Part shown: positions 23,705 through 36,795 of the stretch, in pieces | How positions within the stretch are numbered: the stretch's first letter is position 1 | Layout: every line of letters begins with the position of its first letter | Notes under the pieces: model-generated | What the model was told of the DNA's origin: nothing | The model's database searches: none | Seen by the model: the letters and a program-made list of their open reading frames with translations, nothing else | From: Moniliella sp. 'wahieum' | Lineage: Eukaryota | NCBI GenBank assembly: GCA_003971905.1 | Contig: RSEE01000010.1 | Span: 310,001-374,000, forward strand | Length of the DNA stretch: 64,000 bases | Direction: 5' to 3' | Made by a program: the position numbers and the translations under genes

Positions 23705-26700
23705 ATGGACTCGCCCACAGGCGATGTACGCGCCTGGGGCCATGCCGAGGTCCGTGTCTGGCTCCACCGCCTCGGCCTGGCCGGGTATGCGCCCCTGTTC
23801 GCCCGCCATGACCTCACCGGCGCCGTCTTGCCCGACGTCACACGCCCCATGCTCCGTTCCATCGGCGTTGAGCGTGTCGGCGACCAGCTCCGCCTCGCTG
23901 CCGCCATCCAAGCCCTCCGCAACCCACACCCTCCTCCGCCCCCCCCCCCCCCCTCCACGCCCCGATCGGCGCGCCCACACCCCAGCCACTCCCGACGATG
24001 GCGCCTGGGACGACACGATCGAAGTCCTTGACCCCGATCTCGCCTGGGCCCCCGACCCCCACCCCCCATCCTGCCTGCTGCCCCCAGCCCCGACATGTTT
24101 GATCCTCTTGGCACGCGCCGATCCAATACCCCCACTTCTGTCCCTGGCAGCCCCGCCGCCGCTGCCAGCGCTACCCTCGATGGCCCCGCTACCCCCGACA
24201 GTCTTGCAAGTCACAGCTCCTCTCCCCTCCTCACACGCACCCCGGCTGGGATGAGTGCCAGGCGTCTGGGAGGATCTCGCCCTCCGCCCCTTCATCTGGC
24301 CCAAAGCTCCGCTTCTGCACTCCCGCCCGCTGCTAGGTACCCAGCCGTCACCCCTTCTCGCACTCACACCCGCGGCCATTCCGCCACTCCCGGTAGTGGC
24401 GGGGAGGCCACCTTCACTCCGATTCGCTCCCACTCCCCGCGTCTGGCTCGCGGTCCCACCCACACAACATGTTGCGCTTCCCCGCCCCGACCAACGTCCC
24501 TCCCAATTCTGGAGGCTCGACTTCGGGAGACTCCCTTCGGAACACTAGCTCGACTGTGCTCGGGGGGCGTATCGCGGCCTGGTTCAGCACCAGGGGTCAG
24601 CCTTCACCCCGCTGGGCATGCTTCTTCGTCCTCAACGCACTTGCCCCCGCCTCAGATGGCTTACCACCCTTCTCCACCTGCTCATCCCCACTCGTCCCCT
24701 ACCTCGCAGATTCCCATGGGGGGTGCACTGCATCCTCCCATCCCAGTCTCTGGCTCCTCCTATTCGATCTCGACTTCCACGTTCCCCTGGGATCTACCCC
24801 ACACGCCCACCTCAGCGCCCGACACAGGTTTGGGCGCATCGTACGAGTCGCCCGACCGCCCGGGCTCGGCATCGGGCCGCATCACTCCGCGGTTGCACAG
24901 GGCCGGATCGGCATTGGGAAGCAGCTACTTACTCCGCGGTCTAACTCACCCGACCCCAGGACCCAGCCCCCCCCATCACTTCCACCCCTACCCTCGAAGA
25001 TCTGCAGCGACGCACCATGAAGTTTGTCTCGGCCGATGGTGCAAGCCGGATGGTGACCGTGTCGGACTGCCACGATGCCAGCGAGGTGATGGGTCGTGTT
25101 CTCCGCAAGTTTGGAGTGCCGGCCCAAGGAAATGGGTATGCGCTTGGGTCGCCCTTGACTGCCAATCCATCTGGTACGACAGCAGTCGAAGGGGAAACCT
25201 GGCGTGTGGCGGCACGCATGCCCGAAGGTCAGACTCGCTTGTTAGAGGCTGATGAGCTCCTTGCCATTTGTCAAGGCGCGCCGGTGCACGATCGTGCCAT
25301 GGGTCTCCTTCTCGTCTGCCTCCACCCGGGGCCGGGACCATTGAGTAGCTCTGCCTCAATCGCTGTCGCGCCTGCTCCCTCAGCAAGTTTGGATCTCAAC
25401 CGAAGCGACAGTGCGATGGCTACCTCGTCTCTTGATGGGCTGGTGTAACGCCTACTGTCAGTCTGGGGGATGATCTGGCCTGGCGGTCAGGAGCCGATAC
25501 ACCTGCCCTTCCAACCCCCACCCGCGAAGTGTGGGGTCAAGGTACAACCAGTCCATGGATCCAGACGAGAATGATACGTCGGACATCATCAATCCTCTGG
25601 AGCCTGCGCTGCGTGTGGAACCGAACGTGTCCAATGGTACGCCGCGCCGGCCGCGTGGAATGAGCAAGTTGGAGGCCTTCTTTGGCGTACGCCCTGATAC
25701 ATTCGAACTGGCCAGTGTAGGCGCAACCCAGGCCAAACTGGAAGGCGCTACGGAGGACAAGGCGCCTACCAATTACCCAACATTGCACCGGGCGAGACGG
25801 TTCGTGGGGCAGCGTCCCTCTAGCGAGCTCATCTCGTCTCATTTGGCCGATTACTTCCCAGCAACGGAGAAGAGAGTGCTGCAGCGCTCAGCCCGGCGGA
25901 GCATGCACCGCTCCTCCATGTATCAAGATCGTTCCCTAACTCCGCCAGGCGAGAATGAAGAGGATACCGCTCAGCCCCCTACGCTGCCTCCGATTCCTTC
26001 GCCGGGGGACGGATGGGCTCAGCACCTCCTTGCTGTCAGCAATGGCGATACTTCTACTTCGGCCATAGGCTCTTCAAACCAGGCTGGCGACCCGTCCTCA
26101 CCTTTCCGCCATCCATTTGCCTCCTCTCGGACAGCCTCGGGTAGCTCGGCCACCAACGTGAAACGGGGCGGCGAGGACCACGACTCGCCGAGCATGCACG
26201 ACCCCATATCGCCCTCGGTGGATCAGGGGGGGAATATTTCGGTTACAGATGCGCCTGCCTTGCCTGTCCCTCCTCCACCCCCTGGTCTTCGCATGCGCCG
26301 CTCCGGGGAATCAATGCGCTCGCGTCCGCACAGCCGTCGAACCTCCATCCTTTCGTCCCACTCGGACACGGCCTCGCTTATGACGGTTGACGAGATCACG
26401 CTAGAAGTGGAGTCGCGCCGAGAAGCGGGGCTCGATACTGAGTTTGACCTGTCTTCTCGGCGGAGTGAGGACCGCCGTAAAAGTATACGGTCAACTCGCA
26501 GTTCACGCTCGCTCAAGTCCAAGCGGTCCCGGCCTCGCTCGCCACTGCATGGCCCCCGTCTATCCACCTCTATGGTCTTGGTTCGAGAAGAGGAGCCAAG
26601 CACACCTGCTACTTCCCACCCCCCCGACGAGATTGCTACACCAACAACAGCAACCCTGTCGTCGCTTCCCCCTTTGACCTCCGAGCCGCTCGCCCCCCGC

Positions 26701-28005
26701 GCCCCCGCCTTGACTGTACCAGAACTTTCCACCCCCGACCAGCAAGCAGACTCGGACGAAGACGATTTTGACTCTGAATCGAGTGAGGAGTGGGACGAGT
26801 CGAGTGATGAACTTTCGGACGAAACTGGGCGAGAACAAGGTACGCTACGCTCTTCCTGCTAACCAGAAACGCGCAACTGACATGAACCATGCCGTCGCTT
26901 CACAGTGGGTGGTAAGAGCCAGATTCGGTGGATCAAAGGCGCCCTCATTGGGGCTGGCTCGTTTGGCAATGTGTTTTTAGGCATGAACCAGCGCACAGGC
27001 AACATCATGGCTGTGAAGCAAGTTGAGCTTCCGCCTGGATACGGTAACCATGGTGAAGGGGAAGCGCTTGTGGCTGGTGTGGAGCCCGGGAATGGCAATG
27101 GGCCCAACGCCCGTAGAGTGGGCCAGCTGCACGCGCTAGAGCGGGAAATTGAGCTACTCAAGTCGCTCAAGCACCCAAACATTGTTCAGTACCTCGACTC
27201 GTACGCCGACGAGACGCACCTGAACATTTTCCTCGAGTACGTTCCGGGTGGTTCGGTGGCCGCGCTCGTGTCCAACTATGGGCGACTCAACGAGCATCTC
27301 GCCCGCAAGTTCACACGTCAGATCCTCATGGGTCTCAAGTTTCTTCATTCCAAGGCGATCGTCCATCGGGACATCAAGGGGGCCAACATCCTTGTTGATA
27401 CTGCCAGCACAGTCAAGATCTCCGACTTTGGAATTAGCAAGAAAGTCGAGTCGGTCGTTTCCGGCCCCGATGGGGGTCTGGGCGCCAAGAAACATCGTGC
27501 TTCGTTGCAAGGTAGTGTATTCTGGATGGCGCCCGAAGTGGTCAAGCAAACGTCGTACACGTCCAAAGCGGACATTTGGTCGCTTGGCTGCTTGGTGGTC
27601 GAAATGCTTACGGGGACTCACCCTTGGGCCAGTCTCAACCAAATGCAAGCGCTCTTCAAGATTGGCTCGGGAGCTGCCCACCCCGCGATTCCCGAAACCA
27701 TTTCCACCTCGGCCAAGGACTTTTTGGAGCAAACGTTTGCATTTGACCACACTGTTCGGCCCGATGCCGCCACTCTGTTGGACCATCCCTGGCTCAATCC
27801 CAACGCCTCTTCCTCGGTTGCCACAGATCATCAAGGGACAAGCACTACCCCCACCCCTCCCATCACGCCTACCCACCGTCCTACCACCCCTTCTCCTGCC
27901 CCCGATCTGTCCGCCCCCGGCACTCCCGCTGAAACGGGGCCTCGCATCGTCCGTAAAAAGCGCCCCTCGCCTGCCATCAGCACCGGCCACGCTCCCCACA
28001 GCTAA
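23705..28005 (+). CDS. STE11: MAPKKK with SAM, Ras-association and kinase domains (Ste11/Kpp4 type)
   Basis: SAM (W..AEVRVWLHRLGLAGY..F..HDLTG..L), RA-like (KFVSADGASRMVTVSDC..VLRKFG), FVGQRPSSELISSHLADYFP. Intron 26840-26905. Kinase WIKGALIGAGSFG..HRDIKGAN..SLQGSVFWMAPEVVKQ. Several frame breaks in the C-rich 5' half. Confidence 0.95.
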
Positions 28006-28318
28006 CGGATATCAGAGCGGGCGACGGGGCCGCGCCTTCCTTCCTTCCTTCCTTTGATCAACAGTGTAGCATACCTAACATTTCCACCGTTCCCCATGCG
28101 CGCTCTTTCCGCCTTTGCTCCTCTCTAATGCCACATGCCACATGTCACCCCCTCCCTACCCCGCCCCATGCACCTCACGTATCCACCCAGCTTCTAACTT
28201 GTCGCCCAGCACGTGTGGGCTGCCATGGCAGCTTGAGTGCATTGAATGCTAGCAGTTGTACACTGTTCCGGCTTGGGTGCGGTGGCATAGAGAGGCAGAA
28301 AGAAGGCAGAGACCGAAG

Positions 28319-28669
28319 TTACTTAGTGGTAACCTCCTGGTCCGGTTCAATGTACGAGCTGGGTCCAGGTAACCAGAGCAGGGGGACCATCGATCAGTCC
28401 GGGTCAGTCGTCGGTCCAAGCGCAAGAAAGGAAACACAAAGAAACGCGGGATGGCGAGCGACGTACAGGTACGCATGGTCCCCGCCCGCGGTGGCCGCAG
28501 TGAAGGCCGAGACCTTCTCTTCAGGCAAGACGGCAGCAAAGCCCTTGAGAATGTCCGAGTCAAACTGTTGGCGAATGGAGCCGCCCTTGGCCTTGACGTC
28601 GGCAATCTCCTTCTCGATGACCTCGGAGGGGGTCTCGGGCTTAAACACGACCATGTACGGCTTGCTCAT
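28319..28669 (-). CDS. Small stand-alone peptidase inhibitor I9 (subtilisin propeptide-like), about 80 aa
   Basis: MSKPYMVVFK..GGSIRQQF..ILKGFAAVLP, intron 28359-28466 (GTACGT..CAG), then LSYIEPDQEVTTK*. TATA-like TATATAA near 28775-28781 on the minus strand. Confidence 0.88.
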
Positions 28670-30489
28670 CGTGCTGGAAGGGTAATGCGGTAACGGGGGA
28701 CGGAAGGGGTAAGAGACAGAGGGGGGCAGGGGAGGGGTGCGGGAAAGGTCCAGAACAGGTGGGCGTACCCTGGCTTATATAGATGTGGAGCGATCGGTTT
28801 CCGCGTAGATCGTGCCCGGCGGCCCCCCGTCCCAGCCGGCAAGATAAGCCGCGTCACGCCTCCGGTGGAGAGCGGCGGGGGCGTGCCGGTCCCGAGCATG
28901 ACGTCACGCTATTACCTAATTAGTGAGGTCTGTGCACGCTGGCAACCCCTGGCAGCCCCCCCGCAGGCGGAATTGCGGGCGAACGCAATGGTTACCAGTT
29001 ACAGCTTCAATATTCAATTCAACATTCAACATTCAATCCGCTACGGCCTTCGGCCCCACAGATGCTCCGATTCAGACGACACTTCCTCCCCCATCCCACC
29101 GTCATCGTCATTGCAATTCATGCTCCCCGCTCCATGATGCACGATGCGCGCAAGTCGTCAGGAAGGGACGTGTAACGTGGATCTTTAAATAGCACCGTGC
29201 AATCGCGACGCGCGTGTGTGTGTATTATCGGGGAGAGGGACGGATCGTAGCCGCGAGGGATCGTCTCAGGCGCCATGATCGATGATCGATGATCGGTACC
29301 CGTCATGGCTCGCTTCCGGGCGCATGTGCCTTGTGGGATATGCTGATAGACAGCCACCCGACGCGCCAACAGCATTGGCAAGGAGGGAAAACTGTAAAAT
29401 GCTAGGCAAAAACGAGATGTTCTCGCGTCCTATTATTACATGTACAGACGAATGAAGACCTTTTACTGATCGAGCTGGTGAACGTGAAGTGCGAAGAACT
29501 ACGAAGGATAGGATCGAATCGCATGTCGTATGCGCCATATTATTACTCTCGTTGGATACGACTGGAACCTCTCCCCCACCCGGGCCCGGACTTCTTCCCG
29601 CCCAACTGTACAGAAGGCAAGAAGGGCACTGTCATGGGGGGGGTCCCGAGGTGGGACCCCCCCTGTAATAGAAGGTGGAAGGGCGAGAGAGGAACTGGTA
29701 GTCGAGGAGACCAACGGTAAGAGACAGAATGGTTGACAAGGACCACAGCTAGTAAGCCTTAGACATTATGGCTGCTTATATACCGCAGAAGGAACCAGGC
29801 CCTAAGCGCCTCATGATAGGTATAGACAGAATGCGGGGCACTTCCCAGAAAGGTAAAGACTAATGCACAGCCCTTGCTTCCCAAGGTGCTGACGCTGCGC
29901 AGTCGGGCGCAGCAGGAAGGATTCTGACAAGACTGGACGCAATAGGCACAAAGCATCGTACCGCTGAGCCCATGCGACCACGGCGGGCCGCGGATGATAT
30001 CCGCAGCAAGGATAAGGGTGGCTCTTTCTCGCTAGTCTAACCGGACTGACGCATGTTGGGCTGCGATGTCTACGACATGCGGGGCTCAGCGTCCGGAGAT
30101 AACCCGAGCGCTCCGTAACATTCCCAGACAAGTATTGTGGGACCTCACTATAGGGTGGTGGCACCGGTGGCCAAAAGCGTGGTTCCCTTTTCGGGACATT
30201 CCTTCCAATATTACTTCCTGGAGAGGGCAGAAATATTGTCTAGTCTCTGTGGCTCGTGTGCAGTGCAATATACACCATCAAGACGCTCAACGTTCAACTG
30301 AACAGCTTGCTCTCTCCGGCCTTCTACAGGTATATAATGTGTGCGGGTCTTATTCATTTCCTGTACTGTAGGCCATATATGCGCCCTATTCATGCGGTCC
30401 GTTCAAGTCTACAAAAGCTCTGTTTTGGTTACCGCATAGGCGGCAACGTTTTGAAGCTTGAGTCCTTGAAGCTTGAAAAGAGAGTTGAA

Positions 30490-31002
30490 CGTCGAGCCAC
30501 CGAACTTGCGTGTTTGGCCAAAAGGTCCCTTCAGCCCCGTCATCGACCTTGGCATCTCAGATCTCAGACCTCATCAGGCCTATGAGTTCCGGTTTTCTCG
30601 CTTCTGTCTTCCTGAATTGTCCTATAACCTCTATATAGACCCTGGTGGCGATCGACTGCTTCATTCTGTAGGTGTTCCTCGTTGGGTAGATGATGAGACC
30701 TGGAGTCCAGATGGTCCTCGAGGGTGATGCAATCGCACTAGTGGTGGTGGTGGTGGTCTAAGCCAACCAGCAACGCCTACAGAGGAACATCAAGCAGCGA
30801 GTCGCCACCAGGGGCTAAGCTGCGGAACAAGGAAAAACAGGATATAGAAAAACAACGGAACTCCTAGGCCTGTGAGGAGGAACTGAAGGGACATTGGCCA
30901 AAGCACGAGCCACCTGATGGCTCAACAGTAGGCTATCACACAGCTACTATAGTGCGATTGCATCACCCTGGATGACCATCATCAGGACTCCAGGACTCGT
31001 CA
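30490..31002 (-). mobile_element. Older degenerate LTR of the same family, split by a younger LTR insertion
   Basis: 30490-30690 matches the reverse complement of the LTR 3' part. 30928-31002 matches the 5' part (AGTGCGATTGCATCACCCT...CAGGACTCGTCA). Confidence 0.75.
30691..30927 (+). mobile_element. Solo LTR, 237 bp, TSD GTAGA/GTAGG
   Basis: TGATGAG...CTCAACA ends. Highly similar to 1788-2020. Flanks 30686-30690 and 30928-30932 match at 4 of 5 bases. Confidence 0.9.
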
Positions 31003-31554
31003 ATTAGGTCCTAAAAGCCTGAGGCTGAGGCACTGAGATACTGAGGGGCCTGTGGGCCTCATTGGGGCCTAGACTAATAGTCAAACAAGCTTAAAATGAC
31101 TTCTGGTGAGACTGTGCCTCTCCACGTGGGCTGTTGGAGAGCCATTGAATAATGACGTTTTGCCCCGGCCAATTCGCGGACAAACATCGGATATCATCAG
31201 CCATCGATCGAATCGGTCATCCATCAATTAGCGCATTAGCCATCGTTCATAGCAGTTCAGTCCAGTGCTATGGTGTCGAGTTGTGCTTGCGAGTTAGCAC
31301 GTTAGCACGGCACCAGTTAGCATATTAGGGCGGCGGTGAACGGTGAATGGGTTGCCGTCTGTCTCATGTCTTCAATTGTCACACAACCCCAGATTAGCGT
31401 TACGAGAGGACCTATTTTAAGTCGCCCACCTTTCGATCGCACCACCCTGTATTCCACCACCACCAGGCTTGTTGTCATTGTCACAGCTACCCAAGAACCT
31501 CGTTTCACCCCCGCTTCCAACATCAATTTCTACTCCCTCTCCAACATCAGCGTC

Positions 31555-32058
31555 ATGGCCACCATTGCACACGCTATCGGCATTACGGCCTCTGGCCTGG
31601 CCTCCGGTCTAGCAGTGGCTTGGCCCCTGGCCGTCAACCCTCTCTTTCTCTCCAAAAGTGAATCGCTGAATGGAGGGTCGGATGCTCAGCGACTGTCCAT
31701 TTGGCTGTATGGGTACCTCCAAGGTCGGGCCGCAATACCGTCGTTGGCTGCTATTGCCGCAATTGGACTATCACTGAGCGAGTATTGGACTGATGCGGCC
31801 GCCGGCACGGCATCCACGACGGGTTATCGTTACATTGCAGCCGGTCTTCACATCGCCATCGTCCCTTTCACAGTCATCTTTATGATCAAGGGGGTGCACC
31901 GCCTCGAACATTTGGCTGCAACCAAGGGTGTGGACGCCAATGCGGGCGAAGTAGATGCTCTTCTGTCCACATGGGCCGCGCAACACTGGGTTCGCATTGG
32001 TCTTACTTTGACCGCGTTTGCGATCACAGTAACCGACACGTTGGGTCTCCTCGCTTAG
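31555..32058 (+). CDS. DUF1772 / anthrone-oxygenase-like small membrane protein (167 aa)
   Basis: Four hydrophobic segments with W..GY..G, IVPFTVIFM and EVDALLSTW...HWVR patterns. Pyrimidine-rich leader before the ATG. Confidence 0.78.
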   Translation: MATIAHAIGITASGLASGLAVAWPLAVNPLFLSKSESLNGGSDAQRLSIWLYGYLQGRAAIPSLAAIAAIGLSLSEYWTDAAAGTASTTGYRYIAAGLHIAIVPFTVIFMIKGVHRLEHLAATKGVDANAGEVDALLSTWAAQHWVRIGLTLTAFAITVTDTLGLLA

Positions 32059-32797
32059 AGGTGTAGGTGTTGAGGCGATGCCCCAATCACGCCATCCTGC
32101 GTGATAGTCATCGCCCCTCTCTGCCCACTGGAAGCTTCCTCAGCTCTGCGGTACGCTCGTCTATATATAAGGCCCTACCCTTCTCATAGCCTCCTGTACC
32201 TCTCCTGAGAACCACATCCTCCACTCCACTTCCTTCAGCAGTAGGTCCATTCACAGAACACTTCTGATCAGCATGACCCGTTTTTGCGCCTTTGGTCGTG
32301 GGACATTGTTGATCGCATTTCGAGCTAACTGCATGGATTCTCGGTTCACTTTCGGGATGAGAGTGGGATGGTGGATTTAGTCTACAAGATAAGCCCGACA
32401 GGAGCAGAGAAGTGACGGGCCAGAGGAGGTACAAGTCACATGCAACACACATGGGAAGGGTCAAGAGCTCAAGGCCCTCAGAGCCCGGTCGGTGCTCTCC
32501 CTTATTATGGAAAAGATCTCATTCATCTCCATGTCCACACGTGCTGCGGCCGGCGCTTGGTGGCGTTTACTCTGCGGTGGCTCCACCGACCATCCTTCGT
32601 CCGCAACTTGATTAGTTAACTTGTCTCGTGAAATGTTCATAAGACCTAGATGTCATAACCCTATTGGGATTGGGCGCAAAATTAAATTTATGGATAACTC
32701 TTTTAACTGCAACCCTACTATTGTCGGGTTGCCATGACTGTGGCGCCCATGGCCGTTGTCGAATGGAGACGCATACCAGCCAGACCAACTGCCCAAC

Positions 32798-33453
32798 ATG
32801 TGAGTACTGATGTCCATGTGCGCCCGGGAGGCAGAAGGAGACGTCAAACGTCCGTATGATACTGAGGGGCAACTTTTCTGGTGCCCCTGTGGCTATCATT
32901 CCTTCACGATTTTGTCGGACGACGAGGGGAAAGCTGGGACAACGGGGACGTGGCGTACGAGAAGCTTGACCCGGAATTTTGGATGCTGACCCACCTGTGC
33001 AGGGACTCCTATGACGCTGCTGAGGCGGCTGCCCTTAAGGCCCGCCGGACCTTCAAGAAGTCGTACTACCGTGGGATTGAGCTTTCGAAGCTCCTTGACC
33101 TGAGCAACGAGGAGTTCATGGGCATTGTTCACGCCCGTGCCCGTCGTCGCTTCCAACGTGGCCTCAAGCGCAAGCCTATGGGCCTCATCAAGAAGCTGCG
33201 CAAGGCCAAGCAGGAGGCTCCTCCCAACGAGAAGCCCGCCCTTGTCAAGACCCACTTGCGTAACATGATTGTCGTGCCCGAGATGATCGGTTCGGTCATT
33301 GGTATTTACACCGGTAAGGTTTTTGCAACGGTCGAGATTAAGCCTGAGATGGTTGCCCACTACCTCGGTGAGTTCGCCATGACCTACCTGCCTTCGGCCC
33401 ACGGTCGCCCCGGTCTCGGCGCTCAGGCGGGCCGGTTCATTCCCCTCAAGTAA
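32798..33453 (+). CDS. RPS15: 40S ribosomal protein S15 (uS19)
   Basis: Start codon split AT|G by intron 32800-33002 (GTGAGT..GCTGAC..CAG). [43 protein letters not shown]. Confidence 0.95.
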
Positions 33454-33693
33454 AAGCACTGTCGGCTTGCCGTTGTGCATTGAACCACGCTGGCTTGAGT
33501 CATACTTTATCGGATTAACTTTGGCTTCTAGCGGAAGGCCCTATGCCCCCCTACACCAGACCCCACTCTGCGAGGGTTGGTACCACGCCAATGACATGGC
33601 TCGTCTGCATGGCCATCCTCTGATATTCATTCTGTAGTCGGTGCCAATCTCATGGGCGAGTTATGAACTGGCATCGATCAACACATGTAGCTG

Positions 33694-33737
33694 TAGGATG
33701 GATGACATGACTAGCTAGGATGGATGCCATGACTAGC
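33694..33737. repeat. 22 bp tandem duplication TAGGATGGATG(A/C)CATGACTAGC x2
   Basis: Read directly; one mismatch between the two units. Confidence 0.85.
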
Positions 33738-34356
33738 TGTATCGAGGCAAGGGCAAAACTTCCATTGTAACTGGTGTCGTTGGTTCGCACATAAAACTTT
33801 CATCGTCCAACAGTGTGAGCCATGCATTCAATAGGTAACCACAACAATAATGAATGGTTACCGAAATCCCAGACGGCAACTTGATCTGCCCCCATTTTTC
33901 AACGCACGCCGTGGAAGCAGACGTGCGCGCCAAATTAGGGGGTGGGCTGTCGACCTTCCAGGCCAAATCGAGCCACGGCATAGGCCCGGTGCAGGAGGAG
34001 GTTAAGCGTGCCACTGGCAATGGAGACTCACACAGTAAGCTGTTAGAACTGTCGGAGGCTCGATTCATCGTCCAAACAATGAGGTCATGCAAAGGAAAAG
34101 GTATGCATGCCATGAAGCAATGGCGGGGTGGTGCAGGTGGTCGATGGTGGAGTCGGAGGATGAAGCGTCAAAATGCAGCAGAAAAAACGAACAAGTAGTC
34201 ACGGGCGGAATCAACTGTCCTTATTTTTTGGCTGCTTGGGCGGAATGATACCGAGCTCCACAATCGGATTTACCCACGAAAAAACCAACTGCTTGCTTCG
34301 ACTCGGAAAATAGATCAAGGGTGGCTGGAAGAATCAACGGTTCGCCTTGACACAAA

Positions 34357-34428
34357 GGGCGGATAGCTCAGGGGTAGAGCGCTTGCTTAGCATGCATGAG
34401 GTCCGGGGTTCAATTCCCTGTTCGTCCA
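34357..34428 (+). tRNA. tRNA-Ala, anticodon AGC, intronless
   Basis: Cloverleaf: acceptor GGGCGGA/TTCGTCC with G3:U70, D stem GCTC/GAGC, anticodon loop TTAGCAT, T arm CGGGG-TTCAATT-CCCTG. TTTT run just downstream. Confidence 0.97.
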
Positions 34429-34808
34429 AACTTTTGCCATGAGAAGGACATTCATGCCTTTTTGCGTCATGACTGGAATTGACGGTTTTTTGGAGAAAGA
34501 ATCAGTCCGTACAAGATTGCGCATCCCGCAGGACAAGTATTTTTGGTCCAAAAACGAGATCTCTGGTAAGTGCCGTGCACAAAACCCCTCATCGACCTCA
34601 TTTGGCAGGCGTGGCATAAAATGGTTTGGAGACAACACGATGTGTGACACCGTAAAAGGTGCACAGGGGAAGATTAGGATAAGGCGGGAGATAAAATGAG
34701 GGTAGACAGAAGGGGTAAAAACATTCCCCATCGGAAGGCAAGCCTCTTGGGGGAAAGGATGCGCTATTTATTCGACGGTCAAACGAGGAAGAAACTGAGG
34801 AGGCAGCA

Positions 34809-36060
34809 TTAAGGGGATGCGTTCCAGATCTGCACGGTACTATCCCATGCCGTGGTGGCTACCTTATTGGGAGTAAACAGCGCCCAAGATGCGCCCAGGA
34901 CAAACTCAGTGTGGCCAGTGTAAACTTTCGCCAAGGGTTTCCACCGTGAGGTATCGCCGGTGAGGCCGGAATACCGGGCGTATGCAGCGTCGACGCAGCT
35001 TGGGAGGTAAATTTCCAGCCTGGTGCCCCTGGGGGAGGGGCAGCTGTAGCGTTCCAAATTCGGGCCGTCATATCGTACCCTCCGGAGACAAGTAGGTCAG
35101 AGGAGTGGGGGACCAAGCGACCGTGCGAACCGCATAGTCATGCCCAGCAAGCACACCGGTAGGGGCACTGGAGGCAACTGAGTTGCGCAAATCGTATACT
35201 TTGACCAGCCGATCGGTAGCGCCCGTGGCAATGGTCATAGACCGATACTTGTTCCAATCAAGCGACAAAACTTCACCCCCGACATGAAGTTGAACTGCTG
35301 GCCGTGCTGGCGGTGCACCAGGCCCACCTCCAGTACGCATGTCGAATAAGCGCACGTGCCCGTCCCCACATGCCGAGGCAAATACGGTAGGTGTATGAGG
35401 GGACCATTTGGCTGCGTAGACACACCCTTCATGGGCAGTAAACGAGGCAATCGAAGTAGCTTGTTCTGGATGCCAGAGGCGCACACTGGCGTCCCAGGAG
35501 GAAGTGAGGAAGAGTTGCTTGTTGATATTGTTCCAATCCAGACCAAAAACCTCTCTGGAATGCTCGTGCCATGCGTGCACCGGGTGGTCCCGCAGGTGAA
35601 TATCCCACAGATGTACCCTCCCGTCTCCTGCAGCCGTAGCGACCTGATTCTCGTGAGCCTCACTCCAAGCAACAGCGTACAGGCCATCTTGTGTGTCGAA
35701 TGCGTTCTCAGTCTTTGCCCCTGTTGCAGCAGGAACAGAGACAGATGGAGTGGGCGGCGAGAGGCCAAAAATATGTAGCCGTCCATTGCCCACCAGTCCA
35801 TAGTTCGCCGCCCCTACAGCCGCAAGGCGACCTTCAAAGAAGGGGCTCCAGGCAATTGCATACCCTGCAAACCCAGGGGTGGGGAGAATCGTGGTGCCAG
35901 GGGGAGCAGGTGTCCTGCGTGAGGCTGCTGGAGAAGGCTTTAAGGAAGCAGCTGCACCCCCAGGGGGCAGTGGACCTGGAGGGACGGCAGAGGCGGCGGA
36001 GCTAGCCCCTGGTGGAGCACCGACGGGGCGCGAGGGCGGAGGCGGAGGCGGGCGGGACAT
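34809..36060 (-). CDS. PEX7: PTS2 receptor peroxin-7 (WD40)
   Basis: TPGFAGYAIAWSPF..ANYGLVGNGRL, FDTQDGLY..WSEAHEN, EHSREVF..DWNN, LDWNKY, HTEFVLG. Frame breaks near 35110 and about 35030-34950. Confidence 0.95.
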
Positions 36061-36795
36061 GATGAGTGGTATTTGCGATCGATGGCGGTGGATGCGGCAA
36101 CTGAGTTATGGCAATCCAGGTTCGAGTGGCTGAGGGAAGGTGGGTGTTGATGGTACAGCTGACGGTGCTGAGTGTGAGGTGTTGATGTACTTAAAGAGTC
36201 GGTCGGCAGCCCCTTGCCCCCCCGCCCGCTCCCACCACTAAACGATCGACGGCTCTCAGGCGAGGCTAGGCGGATTTGCTTCCATCTGAGACTGTTCTCG
36301 TGGCGCAACAGGATTAATTACGTTGTGGGCTACATGAGAAAATGGCATTTTTCAAACTACGCCGTCCTTTCTAGGCCCACACTCCCCCCTGTAGTGCCCC
36401 CACCAACACCGCTCAGAAAGCACTCAGCTTGAGCTGTTCAGGCTGAGGAAGTACCGAGCATCATCGCATTCTCACAACCGCATTGTTCATGGCATACGCG
36501 TCAATACGGCGTGTGCACTGCAAAAAACGTCACCACAGAAAATCATTCACAGGCGTTATATGGCTTTCACCCTCTGATAACACATAACCCCGCTGACTCA
36601 CCCAAGGAAGAGGCAATACCAATGAGAGAAAGAGACTTGTTGCATCACCAGGGGAGGGAAAAGCAAACCGTGACGGTAGACTATATGGAGGTGTGGAAGG
36701 AGGTATATGTTCTCCACAAGCAGAGGAAGAAAGAATACAGGGAAATGCAAAAAAGAAATGTGGAGGGCCAGGGATAGGAAAGTAGTATCACGTGC

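Noticed and set aside
33733..34113. 126 aa minus-strand ORF or snoRNA host between RPS15 and the tRNA
   Set aside because: No recognisable protein motif. The repeated TTGGACGATGAA is only weakly box-C-like and I found no matching D box or terminal stem.
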